DNA of 63,994 nucleotides, filler included, from Bonamia ostreae (Eukaryota): NCBI GenBank assembly GCA_040357525.1. It is 17 parts of 17 records of this genome, joined end to end, with 100 filler letters (N's around TTAATTAATTAA, not from the genome) between each part and the next. Parts side by side here need not be neighbours in the genome. Positions count along the whole stretch, not along the records: positions 49,167 to 52,820 come from JBDODL010000457.1; positions 52,921 to 56,571 come from JBDODL010000458.1; positions 56,672 to 60,312 come from JBDODL010000459.1; positions 60,413 to 63,994 come from JBDODL010000470.1; 13 more parts are not named here. One strand, 5' to 3'. Shown piece by piece: positions 50,073 to 62,907 of this stretch (position 1 is its first letter; each line of letters starts with the position of its first letter). The notes under the pieces were generated by a model. It saw only the letters and a program-made list of their open reading frames with translations, ran no database searches and was not told where the DNA came from. The position numbers and the translations under genes were made by a program.

Positions 50073-50429
50073 TTATTGCCCAATTATTCGCGAATACCTC
50101 ATAAAACTCCCAAAAATCAACATTTTTTTGACCTCTTTAAAAGCATCGTCAAACATTCCGATATTAAACTTCTTTTCCTTCACTTTCTTCACTAACCTTG
50201 TTACTATTTTTTCTGGCAAGTTCAGTTGATAATATGATCCAGAGCGCACATACATACAAAATATAAAATTGCCCCAAATCTCAAGTTTCTTTTCGTTTTT
50301 TATTTTTTTAAATTGCAGCACTGTATCGTAAAACTGCAAATTTTCTCTCGAGTGTTCCTTTTCGAGAAAATTTGAAAAACTCTTCCGTTTCTTAATCGAG
50401 TTGATTGTTTCGTCAAAAGATTTCAACAT
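50073..50429 (-). CDS. RGS-domain protein
   Basis: FSNFLEKEHSRENLQFY, YVRSGSYYQLNL, FDDAFKEVKKML..SFMRY. Confidence 0.85.
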   Translation of the reverse strand: MLKSFDETINSIKKRKSFSNFLEKEHSRENLQFYDTVLQFKKIKNEKKLEIWGNFIFCMYVRSGSYYQLNLPEKIVTRLVKKVKEKKFNIGMFDDAFKEVKKMLIFGSFMRYSRIIGQ

Positions 50430-50829
50430 CGCAAATCTTTATAAAACCAATAAACCGTTGGCTTATAGTTTTTACGAAACACATATACGAAAAATATACG
50501 AAAAACTTGATAATTTTCTTTTCATAAATATACGAAAAACGTTATATCCGATTTCCTCATTTTTAACTCAATTTTTCAAATTATTTCTTAATATCATTAA
50601 AGCTGTTTTTGATATATTCCAAAAACATGCATTTTCGAAAGTGGTTTGCCGTGGTTTGAAACATATATCTAAAAGCAAAAGGATTTCTGATATCAAAAAA
50701 CTTTGATGGATAAATTATCAATCGGTGAAAAAGCAAAATTGATAATAAAATCTAGAAATAGTGATTCTTCTGAATCGAAAAAGATTATCAGATATTTGAC
50801 TCAACTTAGTCAAGAGGATTGTAATATCA

Positions 50830-52610
50830 ATGTTTTTTATTATTGATATTTTTCGAATTTTAATTCGTAATTTTATATTTGAACAAAAATTTTTAAAAAA
50901 CGATTTATTTTTCAACGTTCGTAATTTAATTAAAAAACATTTTTCTATTATTGAATATATGCATAAAAATAGAAATACGGAAGTCTTTTTAAATTTCATT
51001 ACAAATCAAATTCTCGAAAACCAATTTTGAATAAAAAATATTCTAATACGTCTCAAATTTACAAAATATCACTTTTGTTGTTACAAATTATCAAATTTGA
51101 AGAAATGCCATTGAGAGATGATTCTTATATTGGAGACCCATTATATTTTATGGGAAATGGTGTTTGTTTTGCTCGACTTTGTGATATTGTCAAGTTTTTT
51201 TGTTTTCAAATTTGTTCGTTTTTGGACAATAATTTCCAATAAAATTTTGTTTTTTGTAATTGTAATTTTTTAAGAGAGTTATTACATGAAAAGGAATTAA
51301 AAGTTACTTCATTACAGATAAAAAAGTCAATATCGGTTTTGGCCATTTTGTTTGGATATTCATTAGAAATGATTTTTATTTTGTTAAGAAGCGATCCTTC
51401 TAAATCAAGAGAACTTATTGGCATTCAATGGCTTAAAGACCTTCAAACTTTACGTTGCGCCAACAAATGCGCATGTCTTTCAAACCATGTTTCAATAAAG
51501 GATTTTCCTCGCCCTTCTCAAATTTTCCGAAAAGTTCCTCGTGGGCCATTTTTGTTTTATTGCGCTGTTAAATGGCAAGGTTACAAATACTCGTGATCCT
51601 AAACCTTCACATTTTAACGTAAATTTACAAATTTTATCAATAAAGAGAAAAAACACACAAAGAAAATTCGATTTTTAAAAGACAATTATCCGCATATTCC
51701 AGATTTCGAAGAAACGGAAAATTCTCAAACAAAAGAATTAATAAAAGAAACAACAAAATTGATTAAAAATGCACAAAACAGATTATTTCCCAAAATGGTC
51801 ATAAATTTAAAAAAGTGCACATTCTTTAAAATTTTGCCCTTTTTAAACGAAAAATCAGTTTTCGAATTGGTAAAATCGAATTTAAAATTACGAGATGAGA
51901 AAAAGAAATCAGAAAATGAAGTTTTGGCCAATTTTTATGTAAGAAATGTTAATTACAATAATTTGTCTCGACGATTCCAATTTTTCACATCCGTTTTCCT
52001 ATCCTTTGTCACAAATGACAAATTTGCAACTACAATTACAAAAACTAATAAAAAGAAATTTAAAAATTTGTGTGAACTCTTAAAGAAGGGCGTTTTGGAA
52101 AAGAAATTTAACTTTAGCGAAAAAATTGTAAAAATAATAAAAATATTGTTAAAAACTGAGAAAAGCGGAATTTTGGGAGGAAAAAATATTTTTTTGGAGA
52201 ATTGGTTAAAAATTTTGCTCAAAAACAATTTATGTGTCGACCATAATTTGTTTGAGAAAGAAAAGTTTCCTGAAATATCGATTTTTATAAAACAACATTT
52301 CACAAAATTGGTTTTTGCTCTTTTAATTTTGTAATTAAAAATCAAATATTTGTTTTCGTAATATTATTTTTTGATTAAAAAAAAGAAATATTTGGACAAA
52401 ATGGAAATTCTCGAAAAATTTTTAAAACGCAAAAATCTAAAATTAAATCGATTTTCGATCGTTGCGATCAACGTTTTGGAAATATTTGACCAAATTGGAA
52501 TAAAAACAATTGAACTGGAAGATTTTTTAAACAAAGAAATATTGGACATATTTTTTGCTTTAATCAGATTGTCCAGTTATTCCAACGGCAATTTATTTGA
52601 TGACAATTGA
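50830..52610 (+). CDS. Hypothetical multi-exon protein(s), boundaries uncertain
   Basis: Chain of same-strand ORFs separated by short GTT..AG gaps; no family recognised. Confidence 0.35.
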
Positions 52611-53025
52611 TTAAAATATTGTTTTTTTTACTAATATCAATGTAAAAAATGCAAAATATTCCGTTTTTAAACAATAAAACTCCAATAATAATATCAAATA
52701 AAACATTTTAACTAAACGGATTTCAAAATCGAAAAAGTCGAATTCTCGAAAACGGAAAATATTTCGTTATCAAAGTAATAAATCAGCAATTGGAATATTT
52801 TTTTGTAATATTTTTTTGAGNNNNNNNNNNNNNNNNNNNNNNNNNNNNNNNNNNNNNNNNNNNNTTAATTAATTAANNNNNNNNNNNNNNNNNNNNNNNN
52901 NNNNNNNNNNNNNNNNNNNNTAAAACATATTTTGTAAAAAAAAAGAATTTAAAAATTTTCGTTAAAACAGATTTTATAAAAAAATGATTTTGTAAAAATT
53001 TGATATAAAATAATTTTTAATAAAG

Positions 53026-56000
53026 TCCGAATCAAAAGAACCGCTTTTAAAAGACAAATTTCTAAAAATCGAAACAATAACGACACAATTTAAAATAAAG
53101 TCGATAAAGCCATTTGTCGAATCGATATCTCAAAACAGAAAATTACAAAAAATTTTGGTCACTTTTTCGAACAACTCAATTGCTATTTTCGAATTAAAAT
53201 TTAGCAATTCTGGCAAAAATATTGAATCTGTTGAGAAGACAAAACAGATTTTCAAGAATGGACACGAATCCGCTGTTCATCACGTTTCTGTCTCCCCTCG
53301 CGGAGACAGTTTGCTCACGGCGTCAAAAGAACGACTCAAATTCTGGAAAATGGCAGAAACGCCAGAAAAGATAAATTTCGATTGTGTGAGAACAATCAAA
53401 TTGGAAAATTTAACCGTCGGCGTTGTTTTAACGACCGAATTCGAAGATTCGGATTTGGCCGTAATCGGATTGAAACCGAACTTGATAAAATTGATTGATT
53501 TGAACGGAGACAAAGAACTTCAAGGAATTAAAGTGGAAAACGGGGACAAGTTGACAGCGATGTCCAATCTTGGGAAATATTGCCGGATCGCTACGGGATA
53601 TTCTAATGGAGAAGTTAAGTTTTGGCGTTTGCGAAACGATTTTAATCGTTTTTTGTTAAAATTAATTTTTGCAATTTTTTCTATTTTAGTTTAAAATATT
53701 TTTTTCTANNNNNNNNNNNNNNNNNNNNNNNNNNNNNNNNNNNNNNNNNNNNNNNNNNNNNNNNNNNNNNNNNNNNNNNNNNNNNNNNNNNNNNNNNNNN
53801 NNNNNNNNTTTTCGTTAAAACCGATTTTTTGCAATTTTTTCTATTTTAGTTTAAAATATTTTTTTCTATTTTCGTTAAAACCGATTTTTTGCAATTTTTT
53901 CTATTTTAGTTTAAAATATTTTTCTATTTTCGTCAAAACTGATTTTTTGCAATTTTTTCTATTTTCGTTAAACTGATTTATTTTCATCAAAATTATCTAA
54001 ATAAATTTTCCAATCTTCACAGAAAACGCAAAATTGGAATTCGAAAAAAGTTTTGATTTGGAAGATCAAATAAATTGCCTTCAATTTAGGTAAAAATTTT
54101 TCAACGATATCAAAAGTCCGGATGGAAAATATATTGCTGGCGGACTTTTAAATTCAACAATAAAAGTGCATTTTACAGATTCACTTAAATTCTGTTTATC
54201 GTTGTACGGCCACAAATTACCAGTTCTGTCGATAGACATTTCCAGCGATTCCAAATTACTGATCAGTGGTTCGATGGATAAAAACATCAAAATTTGGGGA
54301 CTTGATTTTGGCGATTGCCACAAAGTTAAAATTTAGCTTTTTTTTTTAAATTCGACTTTTTATTTAAAAAGAGCATTTTCGCGCATGACAAATCTGTTAC
54401 ATCGGTCAAATTCATTAAAGATTCTCATCGTTTCGTCAGTTCTGGCAAAGACAAATTTAATTAAAAAAACAAAATTAAAATTACCTAATTTAAAAATAAA
54501 AAAAAAACGAATTTTTAAAATTTGGCAAAAAAACAAATTTTAAAATTAAAAAAAAAACGAATTTTTAAAATTTTCGAAAAAAGCAAATTTTAAAATTAAA
54601 AAAAAAACGAATTTTTAAAATTTCCGAAAAAAAAACAAATTTTCAAATTAAAAAAAAACGAATTATTAAAATTTTCGAAAAAAATCGAAAATTTAAAAGT
54701 TGATAAAATATTGGGACGGCGATAAATTTGAACAATTGATGGTTCTGCGTGGTCACTGCGGAGAGATAAATGGAATGGCCGTTTCAAAAGATTTTTTCGT
54801 TTCTGTTTCTAACGACAATTCGATTCGAATTTGGACCGAATCGGATGAAATGCTTTTTCTCGAAGAGGAAAAAGAAGCTGAACTAAACAGACTTTTCCAA
54901 ATCTGTTATTTTTGCTAAAATTTAAAATTTAGCTTTTTTATTATAAAAAATTTTTCCTAAAATTTTGCAAATTTTAGCCGAAAAAAGAGATATTGAAAAC
55001 GAAACGAAACCTTCCGCAGTGAAAGGATCCGGTTTGTCGATTGAAGCGCAATCGGACATTCCAAAAAAACAGAGCAAATCTCAAATTATTGAAGAAATAT
55101 ATTGTCTTTTTGCTAAAAACTCGAATTTAGGCGAATCGGATTTTGCTAAAAAGGAGAACTTGGTCAAAGGCGATGAAAATTTGTTTGCGGAAAACAATGT
55201 CGATTCGAAAACTTGTGACGAATTTTTAGCGATTCTGACAAAATTTTCTTTTTCTGATTTTGAAAATGCCCTTTACCAACTTTTCTATTATCAAGCTTGC
55301 TCTGCGTTAAAATGCATCGATTTTCTGATCAATGATGTTTACTCTTTTGTTAATTTTTAACATTCGAAAAAATTTAAAATTAAATTACGAAAAATTTTAA
55401 TACGAAAAAAATTAAATCCTAAAAATTTCAAACCAGAAAAAATCGAAAAAATAAAAATTCGAAAAAAATTAAAATCGAAAAATTTAAAATCGGAAAAAAA
55501 TTAAATTACGAAAAAATTAAAATCGAAAAATTTAAAATCGGAAAAAAATTAAATTACGAAAAAAATAAAAATCCGAAAAAAATTTAAACACGAAAAAATA
55601 TAAATCCGATAAATTTAAAATCAGAAAAAAATAAAAATCCGAAAAAAATCGGGAAAAAAATAAAAATCCAAAAATTTAAAATCAGAAAAAATAAAAATCC
55701 GAAAAATTTAAAATCGGGAAAAAATAAAAATCGAAAAAAATAAAAATCCGAAAAAAATAAAAATCCGAAAAAAATTAATTAAAAATGTCTAAATTTAAAA
55801 GGATCTGATATATTTTGATCGACTTTTAAGAACAGCTCTTCTTTTAAGCAAACTGCACGAAAAACAAATAACAACAGACCAAAAAATGATCAATTTGATG
55901 AAATCTATAAAATCAAAAAGTTGCGCAAAGGCGCGGAAATGGCGAAATCTGGTAAGTTTCAATTGTGTTTGTTTGTCGATGGCCAGAAAAGCAAAAAAGA

Positions 56001-56062
56001 AAAGTTTAGAGAGCGATCGAAATTTGACGAAAACGGAAGATTCCATTATTTCGTTAAAATAA
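53026..56062 (+). CDS. WDR3: WDR3/Dip2/Utp12 SSU processome subunit (5' truncated, multi-exon)
   Basis: [53 protein letters not shown]. Confidence 0.9.
53660..53975. repeat. 60-bp intronic minisatellite in WDR3
   Basis: ccgattttttgcaattttttctattttag at 53821 and 53881; further degenerate arrays at 54500-54695 and 55365-55780. Confidence 0.85.
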
Positions 56063-56187
56063 ATTTGGATCATTTTTTCGATCGAACAAATTTTAGAAAT
56101 GACAAAATATCAGTTAAAAAATTTTAATCGACATAACTTTATTATACGCAAAACTCATAAAAAATATAAGCTCGACAAAGCTTAAAA

Positions 56188-56429
56188 ATGGAGAGAAAAG
56201 AAAAAGCAAACATGAAAACAACAAAGGAAGAAACTATTTTAGAGATAATAGAAGACACTTCGGATGACCCTTTCAACAAAAAGAACCTTCTTCTGTTCAC
56301 TGAATACATCAACGAACAATGCAGCCCGCAATATTCGAATCTCAAAAACTGTTTAGAAAAATATCAAGGATTTGGTGCTATTTTTTGTTTGAAAGAAAAC
56401 GCAAAACTTAAATTGTGCGAATCTAACAT
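56188..56429 (+). CDS. Twin CX9C protein, CMC1-like (3' end uncertain)
   Basis: C-SPQYSNLKN-C ... C-LKENAKLKL-C. Confidence 0.65.
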
Positions 56430-56991
56430 GTCAATTTTTCAATTTTTGTCGAATTTTAACATTTTTTTGTCGAATTTTATTTAACAATTTTTTTGTCGAA
56501 TTTTAACATTTTTTTGTTCGAATTTTAACAATTTTTTTGTCGAATTTTAACATTTTTTTGTTCGAATTTTANNNNNNNNNNNNNNNNNNNNNNNNNNNNN
56601 NNNNNNNNNNNNNNNTTAATTAATTAANNNNNNNNNNNNNNNNNNNNNNNNNNNNNNNNNNNNNNNNNNNNATAAAATGTAATTTTAAATTCCAAAATAT
56701 CAATTTAAATTTTATATACCTGTTATTGTGTTCCAAAAATTTCTTTGCCGCCAAACAATACTAAAATTAAAAAAATTAACCGTTGTTTTGCCAGAGCCCT
56801 AATTTTAAGTTGTTATAAAACAAAACTGGTGATCCTATAACAACTTGACCAAACATTTTATGCTCAATTTTTAATTCTTCTTCATTTTTAGACATTTGGA
56901 AAAATTATTATTTTACTAATTATATTGTTTTTTGCTAAACCATTATATTGATTTTTACGAAAATACTATTTAACAAACAGCTTTAATAAAA

Positions 56992-58020
56992 ATGACGGAA
57001 AATATCAAAAACGATTCCAAATTTGTTAATTTAAGCTTTGTTAAATCTGAAATTGAAAAACAGATTTCGACCATTTCTTCAATAACCAAATTACAGAAAA
57101 AAGATTTCGATCCAAAAGACGGAATATCGATTCTCACTTTAAGAAATAATGCCCTCATTCTTTATAACGCATGCGTGGCTTTCATCTCTAAACAAATTTT
57201 GACAAATCAAAACGTTTCCAAATTTAAAATTTCTCAAAAATTTAAGATAAAAGACCATCCGGCAATTTTCGAATCAATAAAACTGCGAGTTTTGATTGAA
57301 AGAATAGATCCTCTCATTAAAAAACTGCAACCGAAAATATCAAATCTTCTAAAAAACTCCAAATTCGGCCCTGAAACCAAATCTTTAAATGCTTTTAACG
57401 CTGATTCGGACGCTCTTTTTCTTAAACCGAATCCAAATAATTTGCTAAAAGACAAATCCACTATCAAAAAACCTCAAATCACCAAAGAACAAACAACATT
57501 TAATAACGATCAAGACGAAAAATATAAAATCAGAAAAACAGAATCGGTGCCTTATCCGTTCGAAAACGTTACAATTTTTAAAAATTAAAAAAGGAAGGGA
57601 AAGCCAAAAAACAAGAAAGAAACCGAAAAGAAAGAGAAAAGAAAAGATTGTTGCAAACAGGAATGATTGAGTCGCTAAAAGAAGAAATAAGAAGTGCTTC
57701 AGGGCTTCCGGAAAAACAGAGCACAAAGTTCAAAAACATGAACAGACGCAAAATGAAAGATATAAATTTGATAATGGAACGCGAAGAATATGAACTGGAA
57801 AATTTTGTCCGTCTTCCTGAAACTAAAGTTATTTACAAGATAAAATTAGAAAGACAAAATTAGAAAGAGAGAAATAATGAAAACGATTGATATGGATATC
57901 GAAGCGGAAATCGGTAACGACTCTGCAAATTTTAGAAGAATTGATAATTTGGACAATTTGAACAAACGCAAAAGAGTTAAGAAAAAGCACAAAAAATCTA
58001 AAAAATTTAAAAAACATTAA
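56992..58020 (+). CDS. NGDN: Neuroguidin/Lcp5; introns 57214-57246, 57568-57593, 57828-57849
   Basis: GISILTLRN, LRVLIERIDPLIKKL, KPNPNNL, EEYELENFVRL, basic tail. Confidence 0.8.
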
Positions 58021-58129
58021 ATTCAAATGATTATAAACTTTAAGCTATGGCACAAAATTATTCAACAATAGCCACACTTTATTATATACAAAGGCTTATT
58101 AAAAACGTTTACTAAAATAGCAATTTAAA

Positions 58130-60068
58130 ATGTCGGATGAATCTGAAACTATAAGTCTTAAGCAAATATTTCGACACAGTGAAGCGAAGGACATTTTCAC
58201 GTCTGTTGATATTGAAGAAGACGGCGAGTTCATTGCAACAGGAGACTCTTCTGGAAAAGTCTGGATATATAACTGGGAAGCCGACGATTCTTTAAAAACA
58301 GACCAATCTGAAGACACCTCATCCTCCATTTCCATCGATAACGAAGAATCCAACGAAAAGACGACAAAACTGATCAAACGGTCAAAACTGAGGAAAAATA
58401 TGACAATGGACAAAAACATTTTAGAAGCGCGCCAAAAGATGGCGGAAAAGATAAAACTAAAGCAAAGTCCTGAAATCAACAACAACGGCGATGGCACATT
58501 TGACTTTTACGGGCAATTTCAATCGCATGAGCCAAGCTTTGATTATCTCAAAAGTCTGGAAATCGACGAAGGCATCTGCATGGTCAAATGGCTGCCCCGC
58601 CAAAGCTATTCCTTGTTTTTGATTTCCACCAACGGTTCTTACTTTTTATTCTATTATACCCCCCTTTTTGAGGCAGTGTTGGGGAGGGAACGATCATGCT
58701 TCAATGAAGTGCAATGATACCTCCCAGCGACTAAACACCTTGACTGCCCGGCTAGCGCAGACAACTCGAGAGGTGTATGCGTGGCCAACATAAAACTCAA
58801 GAGGTCGATTGTTAGTGGCAATCCGCAACAACTCGACCTCGTTAAACTTATTTCAACTTTTACCGAAACAACATAGACAAAATGATAAAACTCTGGAAAA
58901 TTTATGAGCGGAGCTTGATCAAACCGGAAGATTATGGCTTCAGAAATGTTGAGACAGACTACGGGAAATTTATAAGGCTTCCGAATTTTAAAATGAGCGC
59001 AAATGTAACAGCCGTTTCAATGCGGAACCAGTTTAAAGACGCGCATGCTTATCATATTAACTCGATAAGCATTAACGACGACAAAGAAACTTTTTTGTCG
59101 GCGGATGATCTCAGGATCAACATATGGAATTTGGAGAATAGTGCTGAAACGTACAGTTTTATTTTTTGAGGTAAAAGATGTTGTAGATATAAAACCTGAG
59201 AAGATGGAGTCGTTGAAGGAGGTTATAACGACAGCGACTTTTCATCCGATGCAACGACCGATTTTCCTTTACGGAACGAACGAGGGATCGTTGAAATTCA
59301 ACGATTTAAGAATGTCTTCAAACTTTGATGTTAGTTTAAAAGGTTGTTTCCATTGATTAGGATTTATTAGTCGATATATTTTATTTTGTTAAACTTTTGC
59401 GTATAATAACTATAACGGAGCTGAAGCTTTATTTGTTATTGTGTTTAAATATAGTATTTTTTTGCATTTTTGATGTCAATATCTTTTTAAAATGTCAGTG
59501 ATTAATTTAAAAAACACGACATCAATATTTAAAGTTTTTGGTGGTAACGAACAATGCAAAGAGAGCGAAAAAATGTTCAACGACGTAACGTCGGCGATCG
59601 CTGATATTAAGTTTCTGCCTTGTGAGAACGAAATAATCACAAGGAATTATCTCAGTTTAACTAATTGGGACGTTCGACAAGAGCGATATCCGTTGCGCCA
59701 AATTTCAGTAATGGACAAAGTGCAGTCCAATTTGATAACTTTGTATGAAAGCGATTTGATTTTTGATAAATTTGAGTGCGCAATCAACAGCGAAGGATCG
59801 TTTTATAATTAATTTGCTCAATAAAAGGCGTTGTGTCACTGGAACTTACGGCTCGCAATTTGTTTCATGGGATCTCGAAAAAAACAGAGATACAATCTAC
59901 AAATTTTCAAATATCAGTTGTGATGTCAAAGAAGAAAAAACATTTCCGACAGACAATCTTTCAGTGCGTCCGTTAAATATCGCTTATAGACCAAACAGCG
60001 ATCAATTTGTAACGACACAAAACCAAACGCTTAGTATTTTCGAAACTGGAAAGAATGATGATTTTTAA
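58130..60068 (+). CDS. PPP2R2: PP2A regulatory subunit B55; introns 58635-58876, 59156-59177, 59343-59534, 59800-59827
   Basis: FQSHEPSFDYLKSLEI, STNDKMIKLWK, AHAYHINSIS, FLSADDLRINIW, DLIFDKFE. Confidence 0.93.
58675..58840 (+). ncRNA. Candidate intron-encoded structured RNA, unidentified
   Basis: Three consecutive hairpins in a GC-rich island inside a 242-nt intron; G-U pairs favour the plus strand. Confidence 0.5.
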
Positions 60069-60881
60069 ATTTTTCCTGATTTTTGTATTCAAAATTTTAT
60101 CAACATTATTTTTCCTGATTTTTCCTCATTTCTTGTTTTCGAATTTCTAGAAATGGCTAATGTTAAAACTACATATCAATCTTATCTAGAAATGGCTGAA
60201 ATTCTAAAACGACAAATCTTTAAAAAATTTATCAACTGAAAAATGTAAAGTGGCGATATTAAATATTTATCAACTGAAAAATAAAATAATTTGTAAATTA
60301 ACGTTATATTTGNNNNNNNNNNNNNNNNNNNNNNNNNNNNNNNNNNNNNNNNNNNNTTAATTAATTAANNNNNNNNNNNNNNNNNNNNNNNNNNNNNNNN
60401 NNNNNNNNNNNNAATAAAGTTTTAATCTCCGGAATTCAAGCTTATAAGCATTTAAAGGTCAATTTCTTGTAACAATAACAGTCAGTCGATATTGCAATGT
60501 TCTAAACGTGAAAACATTATTTGGCGCCATCTCCATCTTAAACTTGGATTCAAATTAGACGAAATCGTCAAAATGACAATATTTTCGGTTTGTCGACATA
60601 CAGAAAAGCTGGCCATTTTTTGCGATTTATCGTTTACTGAAATGTTTAAGAGGTAGAATATTCTAATTTTGTTGGGTACATAACTCAACTTTAAATCGGA
60701 ACTAATTATGGCAAAATCTGAGTTGCTTGTCATTTTATAAAAGCAAAACATTTAAAATTAGTATTCAAACTTTTAAAAGGTACAAACTGATTTTAAAAGG
60801 TACAAACTGATTTAAGTTGCTTTCAAAGGAAAACATAAAATGGATATTGAAAAATAATAGATTTGTTGTTTCCATCTTAAT

Positions 60882-62747
60882 TTAATCCAAGGCCAACTTC
60901 TCAATTAAATTTGAATAGATCTTGATGCCCTCATAAAATTGCTTAACGTTCAGATATTCATTATTATCGTGCAATCTAATTTTTGTATCTATGACTGGCG
61001 TAAACCCAACCGCCGGAATTCCTATCTTTCTCAAAAATCGAGAATCTGTTGCACCCGGAAACACGCATTTTTCGTATTTTTTATTCATTTTTCCAAGAAC
61101 TGTGGACAAAGCCTCAAAAGGCTCAGAATTGTCGGCCGTCGGATTCGACGAAGAAGTTTTTTGTATATATCTTATTTGCATTCCTTCTTCACAGCCAGAC
61201 GCTTCTTTGATCCACTTCTTGATTCTCTTTAAAAATCGTTCTGTGCCTTCTTTAGGAGTTATCCGGGCATCAATTGTTACCGAAGCGCAAGGCGGGATAA
61301 CGTTTGGCGGCGTTTTCTATTTTGATTTGTTCAAAACTGTCAAATCGTCAAAATTGGTTCCAGAATGAATGTCTGACAGACTTATTGTTGTTCTTTCGCC
61401 GAGTTCTTTTATAGTTTTTGCCGTTTTTACCGATTCGTTGTTGTAATCTGACACCCTTTCAGCAAATTTTATTACTTTGTGCAAAGCGGTGTTGTTTCTT
61501 GGAATGCTATTGCAGTTTTGCCGTTTTTGAATATTTTAAGTTAATTTTTATTTGAAAATATGCAAAGTTGAAATTTTTGCACGCAACAAGGTCAACCTTG
61601 CATGCCCCGTTTCTCCGGTTGCTCTTATTTCCAGCCACCAAGGCACCCTTTCGTCGAGGAAAACGTGATATGTGTCACTTTCGGAAGGTATGCCTTCATC
61701 GAAGGACATTCCGACATTCAATTTTCTGAACTCGCAGGATTCTGAGAATATTTTCATTCCGTCGACTGACCCGATTTCCTCGTCGGGCGTAAACGATACG
61801 TGCACTGTTCTCGAAAATCTTTGTTTGATGTTCTTCAGAGCTTCGATGACCATTATTCCGATGCATTTCATGTCTTGGGAGCCTCTCCCGAAAATATTCC
61901 CGTTTGAATCGATTTCCGCGCCAAACGGAGGTTTTGCCCACATCTCCTTGGCCACTGGCACAACCTTTTAATAATGTGCAGATGATTGCGAGAATATTTG
62001 CGAAATTTAAAATTGCCAAATTTCGGTTTTAAGCGGATAAAATTAAATCGGTAAATTTGTACCGCAATTAGAACAAAAATGAAAAAAATCTTACAACTCT
62101 TAAAGCATCTGGAAACTGAAAAACATTCCCAAACGCATCTAATTTAAAATCCCTTAAAACATTCTTTTTAAAATTGATCTAAACTAAAAAGGAAAAGAGG
62201 AGTGAAAAGGAACATTTTCTGCTTTGAACTTTGCAAAACAAGTTTCCGAAATGCAAAAAAAACTTATTGGCAAAAACAAAAAAGGGGCAAACAATTTCTT
62301 TTAGTAAATAAATATGTAATAACAACTACAAAATCTGATTCGAAAAGAGGCCATGGCGAATGGAAGAGAAGCTGGTGATTATGTTTAGCAAATCTCTTTC
62401 CAGATGAAGGAAATGTAAAAACGACAAATCTTAGGAAACGCGAAGGATTTAAAAACAGAAAGATAAAATTTGATTAAAAAATTGAAAAGTCTAAAAACGT
62501 CGTAATGACAGTTAAACAAAATAGATTTTTTGGTTCTACACGATCCTTCTCGTGTAACAACAAGAATAGGCTTGTCCCGCACAAACTGGTACCTTTTCGT
62601 GGCGAAGCCATATTTCTTGGCGACGCTGTCAATAAAATCAACAGCTCTTTCGTAGCTTTTATCGAAAGGGCCGTTTTTAGAAACCGACGGAATTCTTAAA
62701 AAGCCTCTAAAATTCGCGACAGCCTCCGAGTTTTCACAATCCGCCAT
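60882..62747 (-). CDS. ACY1: Aminoacylase-1 (M20 family)
   Basis: FRGFLRIPSV, SILFNCHYDVVP, GRGSQDMKC, PDEEIG, GATDSRFLR, LHDNNEYL. Confidence 0.92.
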
Positions 62748-62907
62748 TTCGAAACTGTAAATTTTATGATTGCTAAATATCGTCTTCGAAACGACATTTG
62801 TACAATAACATTAAAACGACAATGCGCACTAAAATTTTTAACCATCCCAATATAACAAAATTTAGCAAAACATCCGTTAAAGAAATTTAGCAAAAACGAT
62901 TTGTAAA

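Noticed and set aside
56807-56846. 11-bp inverted repeat aagttgttata/tataacaactt upstream of NGDN
   Set aside because: Single AT-rich occurrence with no TSD or second copy
58675-58840. U1 snRNA identity (loop TTCAATGAAG; ATTGCAC on the minus strand)
   Set aside because: The two motifs are on opposite strands; no ACTTACC 5' end or Sm site
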